Both the position numbers and the translations under genes were made by a program. This document shows, piece after piece, positions 6,432 to 14,058 of a stretch of 14,863 nucleotides of DNA. Each line of letters starts with the position of its first letter. The first letter of the stretch is position 1. The notes beneath the pieces were generated by a model, which saw only the letters and a program-made list of their open reading frames with translations, did no database searches and had not been told where the DNA came from. Source of the stretch: a bacterium (GTDB lineage: Bacteria > Hydrothermota > Tepidihabitantia > Tepidihabitantales > Tepidihabitantaceae); NCBI GenBank assembly GCA_046485285.1, contig JAWOHE010000097.1, forward strand, positions 1 through 14,863, read 5' to 3'.

Positions 6432-7736
6432 ATGAAGCGCACCCTTGCCAGCGAACTGCCCGCCCGCGTCGGCGAAGAAGTCACCCTGGTCGGCTGGCTC
6501 CACCACGTCCGGGCGCTGGGCAGGATATCGTTCCTCGCGGTCCGCGACCGGACCGGCATCGCCCAGGGCGTGGTCCTCGACCCGGCCGCCCTGGACGTCA
6601 CCGGGCTGAAGAAGGAGTCGATCGTCGAGGTTCGCGGCCGGGTCAAGTCCGAAGCCCAGGCGAAGGGCGGGGTGGAGGTCGAGGTGCTGGCGGTGCGCCC
6701 GCTCGTCGAGCCGGTCGAGGAAATCCCGTTCGAGGTCAGTCGTTCCAAGGCGAAGCTCAACCAGAAGATCGACACGGTGCTCGACCACCGGGCTTTCGCG
6801 CTCCGCAACCGGGAGTACGCGGCGCCGTTCCGGGTCCAGGCCGAGATCGTCCGGACCTTCACCGACTGCCTCACCCGGCAGGGCTTCCTCGACGTCCACA
6901 CGTCCAAGATTGTCAAGGCGGGGACCGAGGGCGGCACCGCGCTCTTCCGCGTCCAGTACTTCGAGGAGCACGCGTTCCTCGCCCAGAGCCCGCAGTTCTA
7001 CAAGCAGATGCTGGTCGGCGCCGGGTTCGAGCGGGTCTGCGAGGTCGGGTTCGTCTACCGGGCCGAGGACCACGCGACTTCCCGCCACATCAACGAGTAC
7101 CTGTCACTCGACTTCGAGATGGGCTTCATCGACTCCTACACCGACGTCATCGACGTCGAGCGGGGGTTCCTGCGCGAGCTGGTCGAGAACCTCGGCCGGA
7201 ACTGCCCGGCCGAGCTCGAACTGCTCCACGCCCGACTGCCGAGGGCGGACGACGTGCCGGAGATAAGGCTCAGGGACGCGCTCGAGGTCCTCGCCCGCGA
7301 CTTCGGCCGTGACACCGGCGGGATGGTGGACCTCGACCCGGAGGGCGAGCGCCAGATCTGCGAGTACGCGCTCAAGACGACCGGGAGCGAGTTCGTCTTT
7401 GTCAGCCGCTATCCGCGTTCGGCGCGCCCGTTCTACACGATGCCCGACCCGGAGGACGACGAGTCGACGCTCGGTTTCGACCTCCTCTTCCGCGGCCTCG
7501 AGGTGACGACCGGCAGTCAGCGCATCCACGACTATCGAATGCTGGTGGACAGCATCCGCCGGATCGGCGGCGACCCGGCCGACTTCGCTTCCTACCTCGA
7601 GATCTTCAAGTACTCGATGCCGCCTCACGGCGGGCTCGCGATCGGCGCCGAGCGGCTCACCCAGCAGTTGCTCGGGCTCGGCAACGTCCGCGAAGCGAGC
7701 TTCTTCCCCCGCGACCGCTATCGCCTGACGCCCTGA
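6432..7736 (+). CDS. aspS: Aspartate--tRNA ligase, short archaeal/eukaryotic type (AspRS2-like, usually tRNA-Asp/Asn)
   Basis: OB-fold N-terminus (VTLVGWLHHVRALG), GTEGG, LAQSPQFYKQ, motif 2 VYRAE..ATSRHINEY and motif 3 MPPHGGLAIGAERL. At about 434 aa it lacks the bacterial GAD insertion. Start placed at ATG 6432 (MKRTL). Confidence 0.95.
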   Translation: MKRTLASELPARVGEEVTLVGWLHHVRALGRISFLAVRDRTGIAQGVVLDPAALDVTGLKKESIVEVRGRVKSEAQAKGGVEVEVLAVRPLVEPVEEIPFEVSRSKAKLNQKIDTVLDHRAFALRNREYAAPFRVQAEIVRTFTDCLTRQGFLDVHTSKIVKAGTEGGTALFRVQYFEEHAFLAQSPQFYKQMLVGAGFERVCEVGFVYRAEDHATSRHINEYLSLDFEMGFIDSYTDVIDVERGFLRELVENLGRNCPAELELLHARLPRADDVPEIRLRDALEVLARDFGRDTGGMVDLDPEGERQICEYALKTTGSEFVFVSRYPRSARPFYTMPDPEDDESTLGFDLLFRGLEVTTGSQRIHDYRMLVDSIRRIGGDPADFASYLEIFKYSMPPHGGLAIGAERLTQQLLGLGNVREASFFPRDRYRLTP

Positions 7737-7743
7737 CCGGGTT

Positions 7744-7800
7744 TTGACTGGCCGCGGTCCCGGCCGTAGAATAGTACAGGTCGCAAAAATCGCAAAGGAG
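7744..7800 (+). promoter_or_regulatory. Sigma70-type promoter plus ribosome-binding site
   Basis: TTGACT (7744-7749), 17-bp spacer, TAGAAT (7767-7772). SD AAGGAG at 7795-7800 precedes ATG 7808. Confidence 0.75.
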
Positions 7801-7807
7801 CGCGCTG

Positions 7808-9940
7808 ATGATACTGGCCCTTCTGCTGAGTTCCCTGTCGCTGATGCCGATGCCCGGGGCGGGCGAGGTCCCTCCGGAGGCAGTGCCGTTCGCCGTCGTC
7901 GAGGCGCTGGCCGGTCGCAAGGCCGCCGCCGAGTGGCCGGGCGCCCGGCTCGGCGTCGTCCTGCCCTACCTGGACGAGGAGGGCCGAACGGTGGCCTGGA
8001 TGTTCCACTTCCGGACCGACGGCAGGGAGTTCCCGGACTATGAGACCGTCCACGACGACATCCTCCGCGAGCGCGACGGCCTCGGCCCGAACGCGGACCT
8101 GACCGGCCGGAAGTCCGGCTACGCGTTCGTGCTCGCGTCGGCGCGGTTCGACCGGCCGCCGGTGCTGGCCCACGGTTACGGCGTGTCCGAGTACTACGCG
8201 GTCGGACACTCGGCGAGCGTGCGAGCCCGTCGGCTGCTCGGTCCGGGCGCCGAACTGACGCGCCTCTACTTCGACTGGCCGCGCGTCAACCTGGAGTTTG
8301 CGGCCGGGGGCCAGCGCGTCATCCTTTGTTCTCAGTCCGGACGCGCGTGGCAGTCGCGCGCTGAGTACGCGGCCGAACTGGCGGCCCGCCGCGCCGAGGC
8401 CGCGGCGCAGTACGGGCTCGACGAGGCCGCCATCGCCTCGGCACACCGACAGGCCTGGGCCGATTGTCTTGAGCGCGACTTCACGGATTTCACGGAGGTG
8501 TTCGTGCCCGAGCACCGGCGGGCGCCGTTCTATGACTGGAGCTACGGCTGCACGCCGACTTCGGGCGCAATGGTCTGTGGCTACCACGACCGGACCCGGG
8601 AATACGGTCGTCTGGTCAGGTGGTTCTCGGCACGCTGGGAGCCGGTCCGGGAGCTCTACACGTGGCAGATACCCGACGCCCAGCGCGAGAACGCCGTCGC
8701 GATGCGGACCGACACGAGCTCAGGCGGGACGAGCATCTTCTGGATCGGTCCCGGCCTGCAGCAGGTGTTCGAGAACAACGGCTACTCCGCCGAGATGGTC
8801 CTCGACCAGGGCGGATCGCACAACGACTGGGCCTGGAACACCATCACCAGTGAGATTGACGGCGGGTACGCGATGATCTGGTCAGCGCTCTGGGAGATAC
8901 ACTCACTTGCCGCCTTCGGCTACCGGACCCCGGACAAGTACGTCTACGTCCACAACACCTGGTGGCAGCCGGCGGCTTGGTGGTACTACTCCGGCCCCGA
9001 CTGGTCGCACGTCGCCTCGCCGCACCCGTCGGGCAGCAGTCCCTACAGTCTCCAGTTGACCTTCCCGCTCGGCGATACCTTCTACAACTCGACCGGCCGC
9101 GGCGACGTCCTGCAGGTCGGTGATACCGCCCACGTGACCTGGAACAACGGCGGCAACCCCGCGACGCGGGTCGATATCGAGATCTCGCACAACCGCGGCC
9201 GGAGCTGGGTTCCGCTTGCTTCGGGTCTGCCCGACAACGGCAGCTACGCCTGGTACATAGCGCCGGAGACTCCGGCTCAGGACTCGGTGCGGCTCCGGCT
9301 GACCCAGTACCAGGGTTCGACGCTCACGTCGGCCGACGGCAGTTTCGGCGACATCAGGCTGATTCGCGAGCCGCTGCCACCCCTGAACCTCGCTCCGCCG
9401 AACGGTCGGCAGCTCTTCGAGGCAGGCATCGTCCTGCTGGTCGACTCGCTGCGTTCGGACATCGACAGCTTCGAGTTCCGCGTGTTGCAGTCGACCGACA
9501 CGGTGTGGCGGTCGAAGTCCGCGGTGCCGGTGTGCTCCCTGCCGGACTCGCTATTCATCTACGGCCGTTCCTACAAGTGGTTCGCCCGCGGCCGTAACGT
9601 CTTCGGCTGGGGCGGCTGGGGTACACCCTGGACTTTCTGGTGTCGATTCAACGCCGGTGTTGCCGAGAATTCGCCGTCCGAGGCGCCGGCCGGACTGCGG
9701 GTCGCCGCGGTCGGCGGCCGCGGCACTGGAGTCCGGTTCGAAATCGGACCAGCCGCTGCCGGGACGAGGCTGGTGCTATACGATGCCCTCGGTACGCGTG
9801 TGCGTGAGCTCGTCCCCGGTCCTGAGGTCAGTTGGGATGGACGTGACGACGCCGGGCGATCTGTGCCGGCTGGTCTCTTCTTCGCGCGGCTCGAGCGGGA
9901 AGGCCAGGCGGCGACAGTCCGGTTCCTGCTGATGGACTAG
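7808..9940 (+). CDS. Secreted papain-fold cysteine peptidase (C10/C39-like) with Ig-like domains and C-terminal FlgD-Ig/T9SS-type sorting domain
   Basis: Signal peptide; putative catalytic Cys in YGCTPTSGAM (8549), His in EIHSLAAFGY (8900) and Asn in VHNTW (8954). Ig-like module ..VTW..VDIEIS...DNGSYAW. C-terminus LYDALGTRVREL...WDGRDDAGRSVPAGLFFARL. Confidence 0.72.
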   Translation: MILALLLSSLSLMPMPGAGEVPPEAVPFAVVEALAGRKAAAEWPGARLGVVLPYLDEEGRTVAWMFHFRTDGREFPDYETVHDDILRERDGLGPNADLTGRKSGYAFVLASARFDRPPVLAHGYGVSEYYAVGHSASVRARRLLGPGAELTRLYFDWPRVNLEFAAGGQRVILCSQSGRAWQSRAEYAAELAARRAEAAAQYGLDEAAIASAHRQAWADCLERDFTDFTEVFVPEHRRAPFYDWSYGCTPTSGAMVCGYHDRTREYGRLVRWFSARWEPVRELYTWQIPDAQRENAVAMRTDTSSGGTSIFWIGPGLQQVFENNGYSAEMVLDQGGSHNDWAWNTITSEIDGGYAMIWSALWEIHSLAAFGYRTPDKYVYVHNTWWQPAAWWYYSGPDWSHVASPHPSGSSPYSLQLTFPLGDTFYNSTGRGDVLQVGDTAHVTWNNGGNPATRVDIEISHNRGRSWVPLASGLPDNGSYAWYIAPETPAQDSVRLRLTQYQGSTLTSADGSFGDIRLIREPLPPLNLAPPNGRQLFEAGIVLLVDSLRSDIDSFEFRVLQSTDTVWRSKSAVPVCSLPDSLFIYGRSYKWFARGRNVFGWGGWGTPWTFWCRFNAGVAENSPSEAPAGLRVAAVGGRGTGVRFEIGPAAAGTRLVLYDALGTRVRELVPGPEVSWDGRDDAGRSVPAGLFFARLEREGQAATVRFLLMD

Positions 9941-9957
9941 CCCGCGCTCGGAGCTGC

Positions 9958-9989
9958 GCTGGTGGCTGCCCAGGCAGTCGGCCATCAGC
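9958..9989. terminator. Hairpin between convergent genes (possible bidirectional terminator, no U-tract)
   Basis: gctggtggc (9958-9966) pairs with gccatcagc (9981-9989) with one G-T pair. It lies in the 59-bp gap between converging stop codons. Confidence 0.4.
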
Positions 9990-9999
9990 CTCTCGGACA

Positions 10000-10959
10000 C
10001 TAGACGTGGAACTCGAGGGTGTCCCGGTCGTGCAGGACGTGCTCCCGGTCCACGCGCTGGCCTTCCAGGCCCTTGTCGTTCCAGAGTCGGGCGAAGCTCA
10101 GCCGCTCGGCGAAGTCCTTGTGCAGGTGATAGGCGGCGTCCAGAACTGTCGAGCCGACTGGCATGACTACCGGGTCATCGAGGTCAACCGGGTGACCGGG
10201 CCGTTTCGTGTAGACCCGGATGATGTCAAGAACCTCAAACAGCTGACGCTTGAGTTGCTCGATGCCCGTTCCGGTCTCGACCGAGACCGGCAGGATCTCG
10301 ACCTCGCCGAGCAACTCCCGGAGGATCGCCAGTCGATCCGCGGCATCGGGGTCATCGCACTTCGTCCCGACCCGGACCGTCTTCCGGTAGCGCAGCTCCT
10401 CCGATGGGACAAGCGATACCCGAGCGTTGGCCAGCAGCCGCTGGACCTGATCAGTCGTCTCGAGCAGGGCATCATCGGCAAGGTCAATCGCCCATAGCCC
10501 CGCGTCGGCGGTTCGGATGATGTGGAAGAGCCAGGCCGGTGCCTCGGGCGCGACCGGCGGCGTGTCTATCAGCTGGACCTGGATGCCCTCCCAGGCCATC
10601 ATTCCGGCCGAGGGCTGGCTCGTGGTGAATGGCCAGGGGGCAACCTGAGCGGGAAGTCCGGTCAGCCCGGCGACAATAGCCGACTTACCGGCATTCGGGG
10701 CGCCGAAGACCGCGATCTGGCCCGCACCCTGCTTCTCGACGTGGAACGAGTCCTGCCGCTTCGGTCCCTTCCTCGAGGATTGCTCCTTGCGTAGTTTTGC
10801 GATGCGGGTCTTGATGTCGGCCTGCATCTTCTCAGTGCCCTTGTGCTTGGGAATCGTCGCGAGCATCTCCTCGAGACAGGCAAGCCGCTCGTCAGGGGTC
10901 CGGGCGAGACGGAAGGCCTCCTCAGCCTTCCTGTACTCGGGGGATACGTTCGCCGGCAC
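10000..10959 (-). CDS. DRG/OBG-family GTP-binding protein with C-terminal TGS domain
   Basis: G1 GAPNAGKS, G2 PFTT, G3 DTPP, G4 TKCD. It has a DRG-type N-terminal helix (IPKHKGTEKMQADIKTRIAKL), IRVYTK, and a TGS domain (GSTVLDAAYHLH...GQRVDREHVLHDRD). Confidence 0.9.
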   Translation of the reverse strand: MPANVSPEYRKAEEAFRLARTPDERLACLEEMLATIPKHKGTEKMQADIKTRIAKLRKEQSSRKGPKRQDSFHVEKQGAGQIAVFGAPNAGKSAIVAGLTGLPAQVAPWPFTTSQPSAGMMAWEGIQVQLIDTPPVAPEAPAWLFHIIRTADAGLWAIDLADDALLETTDQVQRLLANARVSLVPSEELRYRKTVRVGTKCDDPDAADRLAILRELLGEVEILPVSVETGTGIEQLKRQLFEVLDIIRVYTKRPGHPVDLDDPVVMPVGSTVLDAAYHLHKDFAERLSFARLWNDKGLEGQRVDREHVLHDRDTLEFHV

Positions 10960-10965
10960 CGCCTA

Positions 10966-10993
10966 CTTATACCCGGCAGAACGGCAAAGGCAA
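10966..10993 (-). promoter_or_regulatory. Possible promoter for the GTPase gene (likely leaderless)
   Basis: Minus strand TTGCCT (10993-10988), 16-bp spacer, TATAAG (10971-10966). The GTG start at 10959 follows after 6 nt with no convincing SD. Confidence 0.45.
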
Positions 10994-11023
10994 GGGCCGC
11001 GTGCAAGGCTCTTGCCTTCGCCG
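10982..11023. terminator. 17-bp-arm inverted repeat after the serA-DUF1015-OMP genes (terminator/stabiliser candidate)
   Basis: cggcaaaggcaagggcc (10982-10998) / ggctcttgccttcgccg (11007-11023): 15 of 17 Watson-Crick pairs, 8-nt loop, starting 8 nt after the stop at 11032. Confidence 0.6.
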
Positions 11024-11031
11024 CAGGTCGT

Positions 11032-11745
11032 TCAGTCCTGACTTCCGGTGCGCCGGCTGGTAAATCCGAAGCCGCCGAGGGCGACATTGAGCGAGGCAAA
11101 CGGGTAGCCGCGGGCAACTCCCGGCCCGCGCGGCAGGCTGCCGCCATTTGGGAACTTCCAGGCCGGGTTCATCGGCATCAGGGCGTAGCCGCCCCGGAGC
11201 TGGACACCGACAAAGCTGATCGGCATCGTGACCTGGAGCAAAGGTGTCAGTCCGATGCCGGAGAACTCGACAGTGCTTGAAGGCCCGGGCTCGGTCAGCA
11301 ACTCCCGGAAGCTGCTCGGGGCGCGGCGGCTCTCGACCGTCACGCTGTAGGCGCTTCCACCGATCCCCAGTATCGGCGTCACGACCAGGTGCTTCAGCGT
11401 CAGTACGGCGTAGCCCGCTTCAAACCGGCCGCCTCCGATATCCACCCGAACAACGAGGCTGTCCAAGGCAACAGTCTGACTTCCACCCTGGCCCGAGCCG
11501 CCGATGACGACGCGGTTGGTGTAGAAGTGACCTCCGCCGCCGAACTGCCAGTGCGCCGAGTTCAAGACATCAACGCCGACCTGGCCAAGCTCGGAGTTCA
11601 TCCCGTTGAAGTCAACGAACGCCAGCGTTGGGCCGAACCAGCCGAAGCCACCACCGGGCTGGCCCTGTCGCGCGGCCGGACGGGCCGCGATGGGGCACGA
11701 TAGCAGAGCAAGACAACCGAGCAGGGTCGCAAAGTATCGTTTCAT
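11032..11745 (-). CDS. Hypothetical exported protein, probable small outer-membrane beta-barrel
   Basis: Strong SD AAGGAGG (11758-11752), N-terminal signal peptide, and Gly/aromatic-rich amphipathic strands (FGGGGHFY, GGGRFEAGY, PILGIGG, VGVQLRGGY). Confidence 0.75.
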   Translation of the reverse strand: MKRYFATLLGCLALLSCPIAARPAARQGQPGGGFGWFGPTLAFVDFNGMNSELGQVGVDVLNSAHWQFGGGGHFYTNRVVIGGSGQGGSQTVALDSLVVRVDIGGGRFEAGYAVLTLKHLVVTPILGIGGSAYSVTVESRRAPSSFRELLTEPGPSSTVEFSGIGLTPLLQVTMPISFVGVQLRGGYALMPMNPAWKFPNGGSLPRGPGVARGYPFASLNVALGGFGFTSRRTGSQD

Positions 11746-11757
11746 CCCGATCCTCCT

Positions 11758-13029
11758 TCAGACCGTCTCGTCCGGGCCGATGTCAGCGAACACCAGGCCG
11801 GATATCAGCTTCGGGTAGAAGTCGGTCGACTTCTGGGGCATCCGTTCACCCCTCTCGGCCAGGCACCGAACCTGCTCGGACCGGGTCGGGTTCATCAGCA
11901 GGACCGCCTGGAACTCGCCAGCGTCAACACGCTCAATGGCCCGGTTCCAGTCGCGCTCGTACTTGACGTGGTGCTCGATCCTGTCGGGCGTGACCCCGAA
12001 GATTCCCTCGATGACGACCGAGTGGAGCACGACGACATCCAGCGCCAGATAGTCGGCGCTGCGCTTCGGCCCGGCTGCTCGTTCGACCGCGGCCCGGTCG
12101 GTGAGCTCAAGCAGCCAAGTCCGACCCCTGCCGGCGTGGAGCACGAACGCGTTGCCGCCGGCCGCGGCCTTGAGTTTCGCTTCCGCGCGGCCGGGCACGA
12201 CCGCCGTCACCCGGAAGGCACGACCGATCTCGTCCGTTTTCGAGCTCCAGTCTACCTCACCAAGGTTCTTGAGGAAACGGTGGGTCGGGAGTATGACCAG
12301 ACCCGGGTCAGCGACATTAACGAACGCACAAGCCTTGAAACGCACCGCGGCGTCGGGGGAGAGGCCGGAATCTGCCGCCTCAATCTCTTTGCGCAGGTTG
12401 AGGGCGGTCTCGTATCGGTGGTGCCCGTCGGCTATGAGCATGACCTCGTTGGCCAGTCTAGCACGTACCGCGGCAATCGCTGCCGGGTCGGTGATGGTCC
12501 AGGCCCGGTGCCTCACGCCGTATTCGTCAGTCACCTTAAGGTCCGGCTCCCCGACGGGATCGAGCAGGCGGTCGACCTCACGGCTCGGGTCCGAGTAGAG
12601 CATAAAGATCTGCTCGTAGTCCTTGCGCGTCGCGCGAGCCAGGTTCAGCCGGTCGGCCTTGGCCTTGGACAGCGTCCGTTCGTGGGGGAGGACCGTACCT
12701 TTCTCGAACTCGTCAACCCGTAGGAGGCCGATGAATCCCTTGCGGACGTGCCTCGTCCCCTGCGCCTCGAATTCCTCGTGATAGGCGTAGAGCGCAGGCG
12801 TGTTGTCGCGAACGAACACACCCTCGCTCAGCCACCGCCTACAGAGCCGGTCCGACTCCTCGTAGCTGTCGGGCAGGATGAGTCGAACGAAGTTGTACGG
12901 GTCGGCGGCAAGATAGGCCTGTTTCATCTCCGGGCTGACCTTGTCGTAGGGCTGGGTGGCGACCCTGTTCAGATCGGGAACCCGGACCGGGTTGTAGCGG
13001 ATGCCGCGTAAGGGGCGTATCTCAGCCAT
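11758..13029 (-). CDS. DUF1015 family protein
   Basis: Family motifs MAEIRPLRGIRY, PYD, PHERT, IADGHHRYETA, ILPTHR and ERMPQKSTDFYPKLISGL. Adjacent to serA, a common context for this family. Confidence 0.92.
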   Translation of the reverse strand: MAEIRPLRGIRYNPVRVPDLNRVATQPYDKVSPEMKQAYLAADPYNFVRLILPDSYEESDRLCRRWLSEGVFVRDNTPALYAYHEEFEAQGTRHVRKGFIGLLRVDEFEKGTVLPHERTLSKAKADRLNLARATRKDYEQIFMLYSDPSREVDRLLDPVGEPDLKVTDEYGVRHRAWTITDPAAIAAVRARLANEVMLIADGHHRYETALNLRKEIEAADSGLSPDAAVRFKACAFVNVADPGLVILPTHRFLKNLGEVDWSSKTDEIGRAFRVTAVVPGRAEAKLKAAAGGNAFVLHAGRGRTWLLELTDRAAVERAAGPKRSADYLALDVVVLHSVVIEGIFGVTPDRIEHHVKYERDWNRAIERVDAGEFQAVLLMNPTRSEQVRCLAERGERMPQKSTDFYPKLISGLVFADIGPDETV

Positions 13030-13041
13030 GGAGCTTTGCCT

Positions 13042-13947
13042 TCACTTCTTCGCGAGCAGAACGTCGCGAACCTTCTCGGCGATGCCGATGCCGGCCCGCT
13101 CCTGTCCTTCCTTGGTCTGCGCGCCGATGTGTGGCGTGCCGATGACGTTGGGAAGGCTGAAGAGCTTGAAGTCCTTGACCGGCTCGAGCTCATAGACGTC
13201 GAGTGCAGCCATTGCGACGTGGCCGGACTGCAAGGCCTCAAAGAGCGCCTCCTCGTCAATAATGCCGCCGCGGGCGCAGTTGACGATGATGACGCCCTTC
13301 TTCATCTTGGCAATCGTCTCCCGGTTGATGAGATGATACGTTTCTTCGGTGCGTGGGACGTGGAGCGAGATGTAGTCGGCAGCGGGCAGCAGTTCCTCGA
13401 GCCGGCAGGCGGTTCCGTACAGGCACTCCTTGATGTAGGGGTCAAGGACCATCACCTTCATCCCCAGTGCCTCGGCGCGCTTGGCGAGCTCGGTGCCAAT
13501 GCGTCCGGAACCGATAAGACCGAGCGTCTTGCCGTACAGCTCGGTGCCCTTGAACTGCTTCTTCTCCCACTTGTGCGAACGCATCGAGGCTGTTGCCTGT
13601 GGAATCGAGCGCGCGCAGGATATCATCATCCCGAGCGCGAGCTCGGCGACGGTGATGGAGGTTGCGGTTGGCGTGTTGACGACAGTTACGCCCTTCGCCT
13701 CAGCGGCCTTGCGATCGACGTTGTCCAGCCCAACGCCGGCCCGGCCGATACACTTGAGACTGGTGCCGGCGTTGATGACGCCAGCGGTCACCTTGGTCGC
13801 ACTGCGAACGATGATTGCGTCGTAGTTCGGGATGGCCTTGATGAGTTCATCCGGGGGAAGACCGGGCTGTTCGCTGACTTCGATGCCGGCGGCCTTGAGA
13901 AGCTCAACGCCCTTCGCGGCGATCGGATCGGTAATGATGACTTTCAC
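13042..13947 (-). CDS. serA: D-3-phosphoglycerate dehydrogenase (short form, no ACT domain) / D-2-hydroxyacid dehydrogenase
   Basis: Motifs VRSATKVT, GRAGVGLDNVD, GLIGSGRIG, NCARGG, DVYELEP and TPHIGAQT. SD AAGGAG precedes the GTG start. Confidence 0.85.
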   Translation of the reverse strand: MKVIITDPIAAKGVELLKAAGIEVSEQPGLPPDELIKAIPNYDAIIVRSATKVTAGVINAGTSLKCIGRAGVGLDNVDRKAAEAKGVTVVNTPTATSITVAELALGMMISCARSIPQATASMRSHKWEKKQFKGTELYGKTLGLIGSGRIGTELAKRAEALGMKVMVLDPYIKECLYGTACRLEELLPAADYISLHVPRTEETYHLINRETIAKMKKGVIIVNCARGGIIDEEALFEALQSGHVAMAALDVYELEPVKDFKLFSLPNVIGTPHIGAQTKEGQERAGIGIAEKVRDVLLAKK

Positions 13948-13984
13948 GGGTGACTCCTTTGGTTAGCGCTTTCCGGAGCGCGCT

Positions 13985-14012
13985 ATGCTAGCCGACTGCC
14001 CGGGTTTGTCAA
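13985..14012 (-). promoter_or_regulatory. Sigma70-type promoter of the serA operon
   Basis: Minus strand TTGACA (14012-14007), 16-bp spacer, TAGCAT (13990-13985). Confidence 0.65.
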
Positions 14013-14058
14013 CCGGCTCGGATGATCTGTGCAAACCCGCAGTCTTAGCCAGACCTGC

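Noticed and set aside
5489..6937. 482-aa minus-strand ORF and other long antisense or off-frame ORFs (for example 437-1333, 6330-7088, 7718-8587, 11968-12723, 13036-13953)
   Set aside because: Shadow ORFs of well-supported genes, expected in high-GC DNA. They contain no recognisable motifs.
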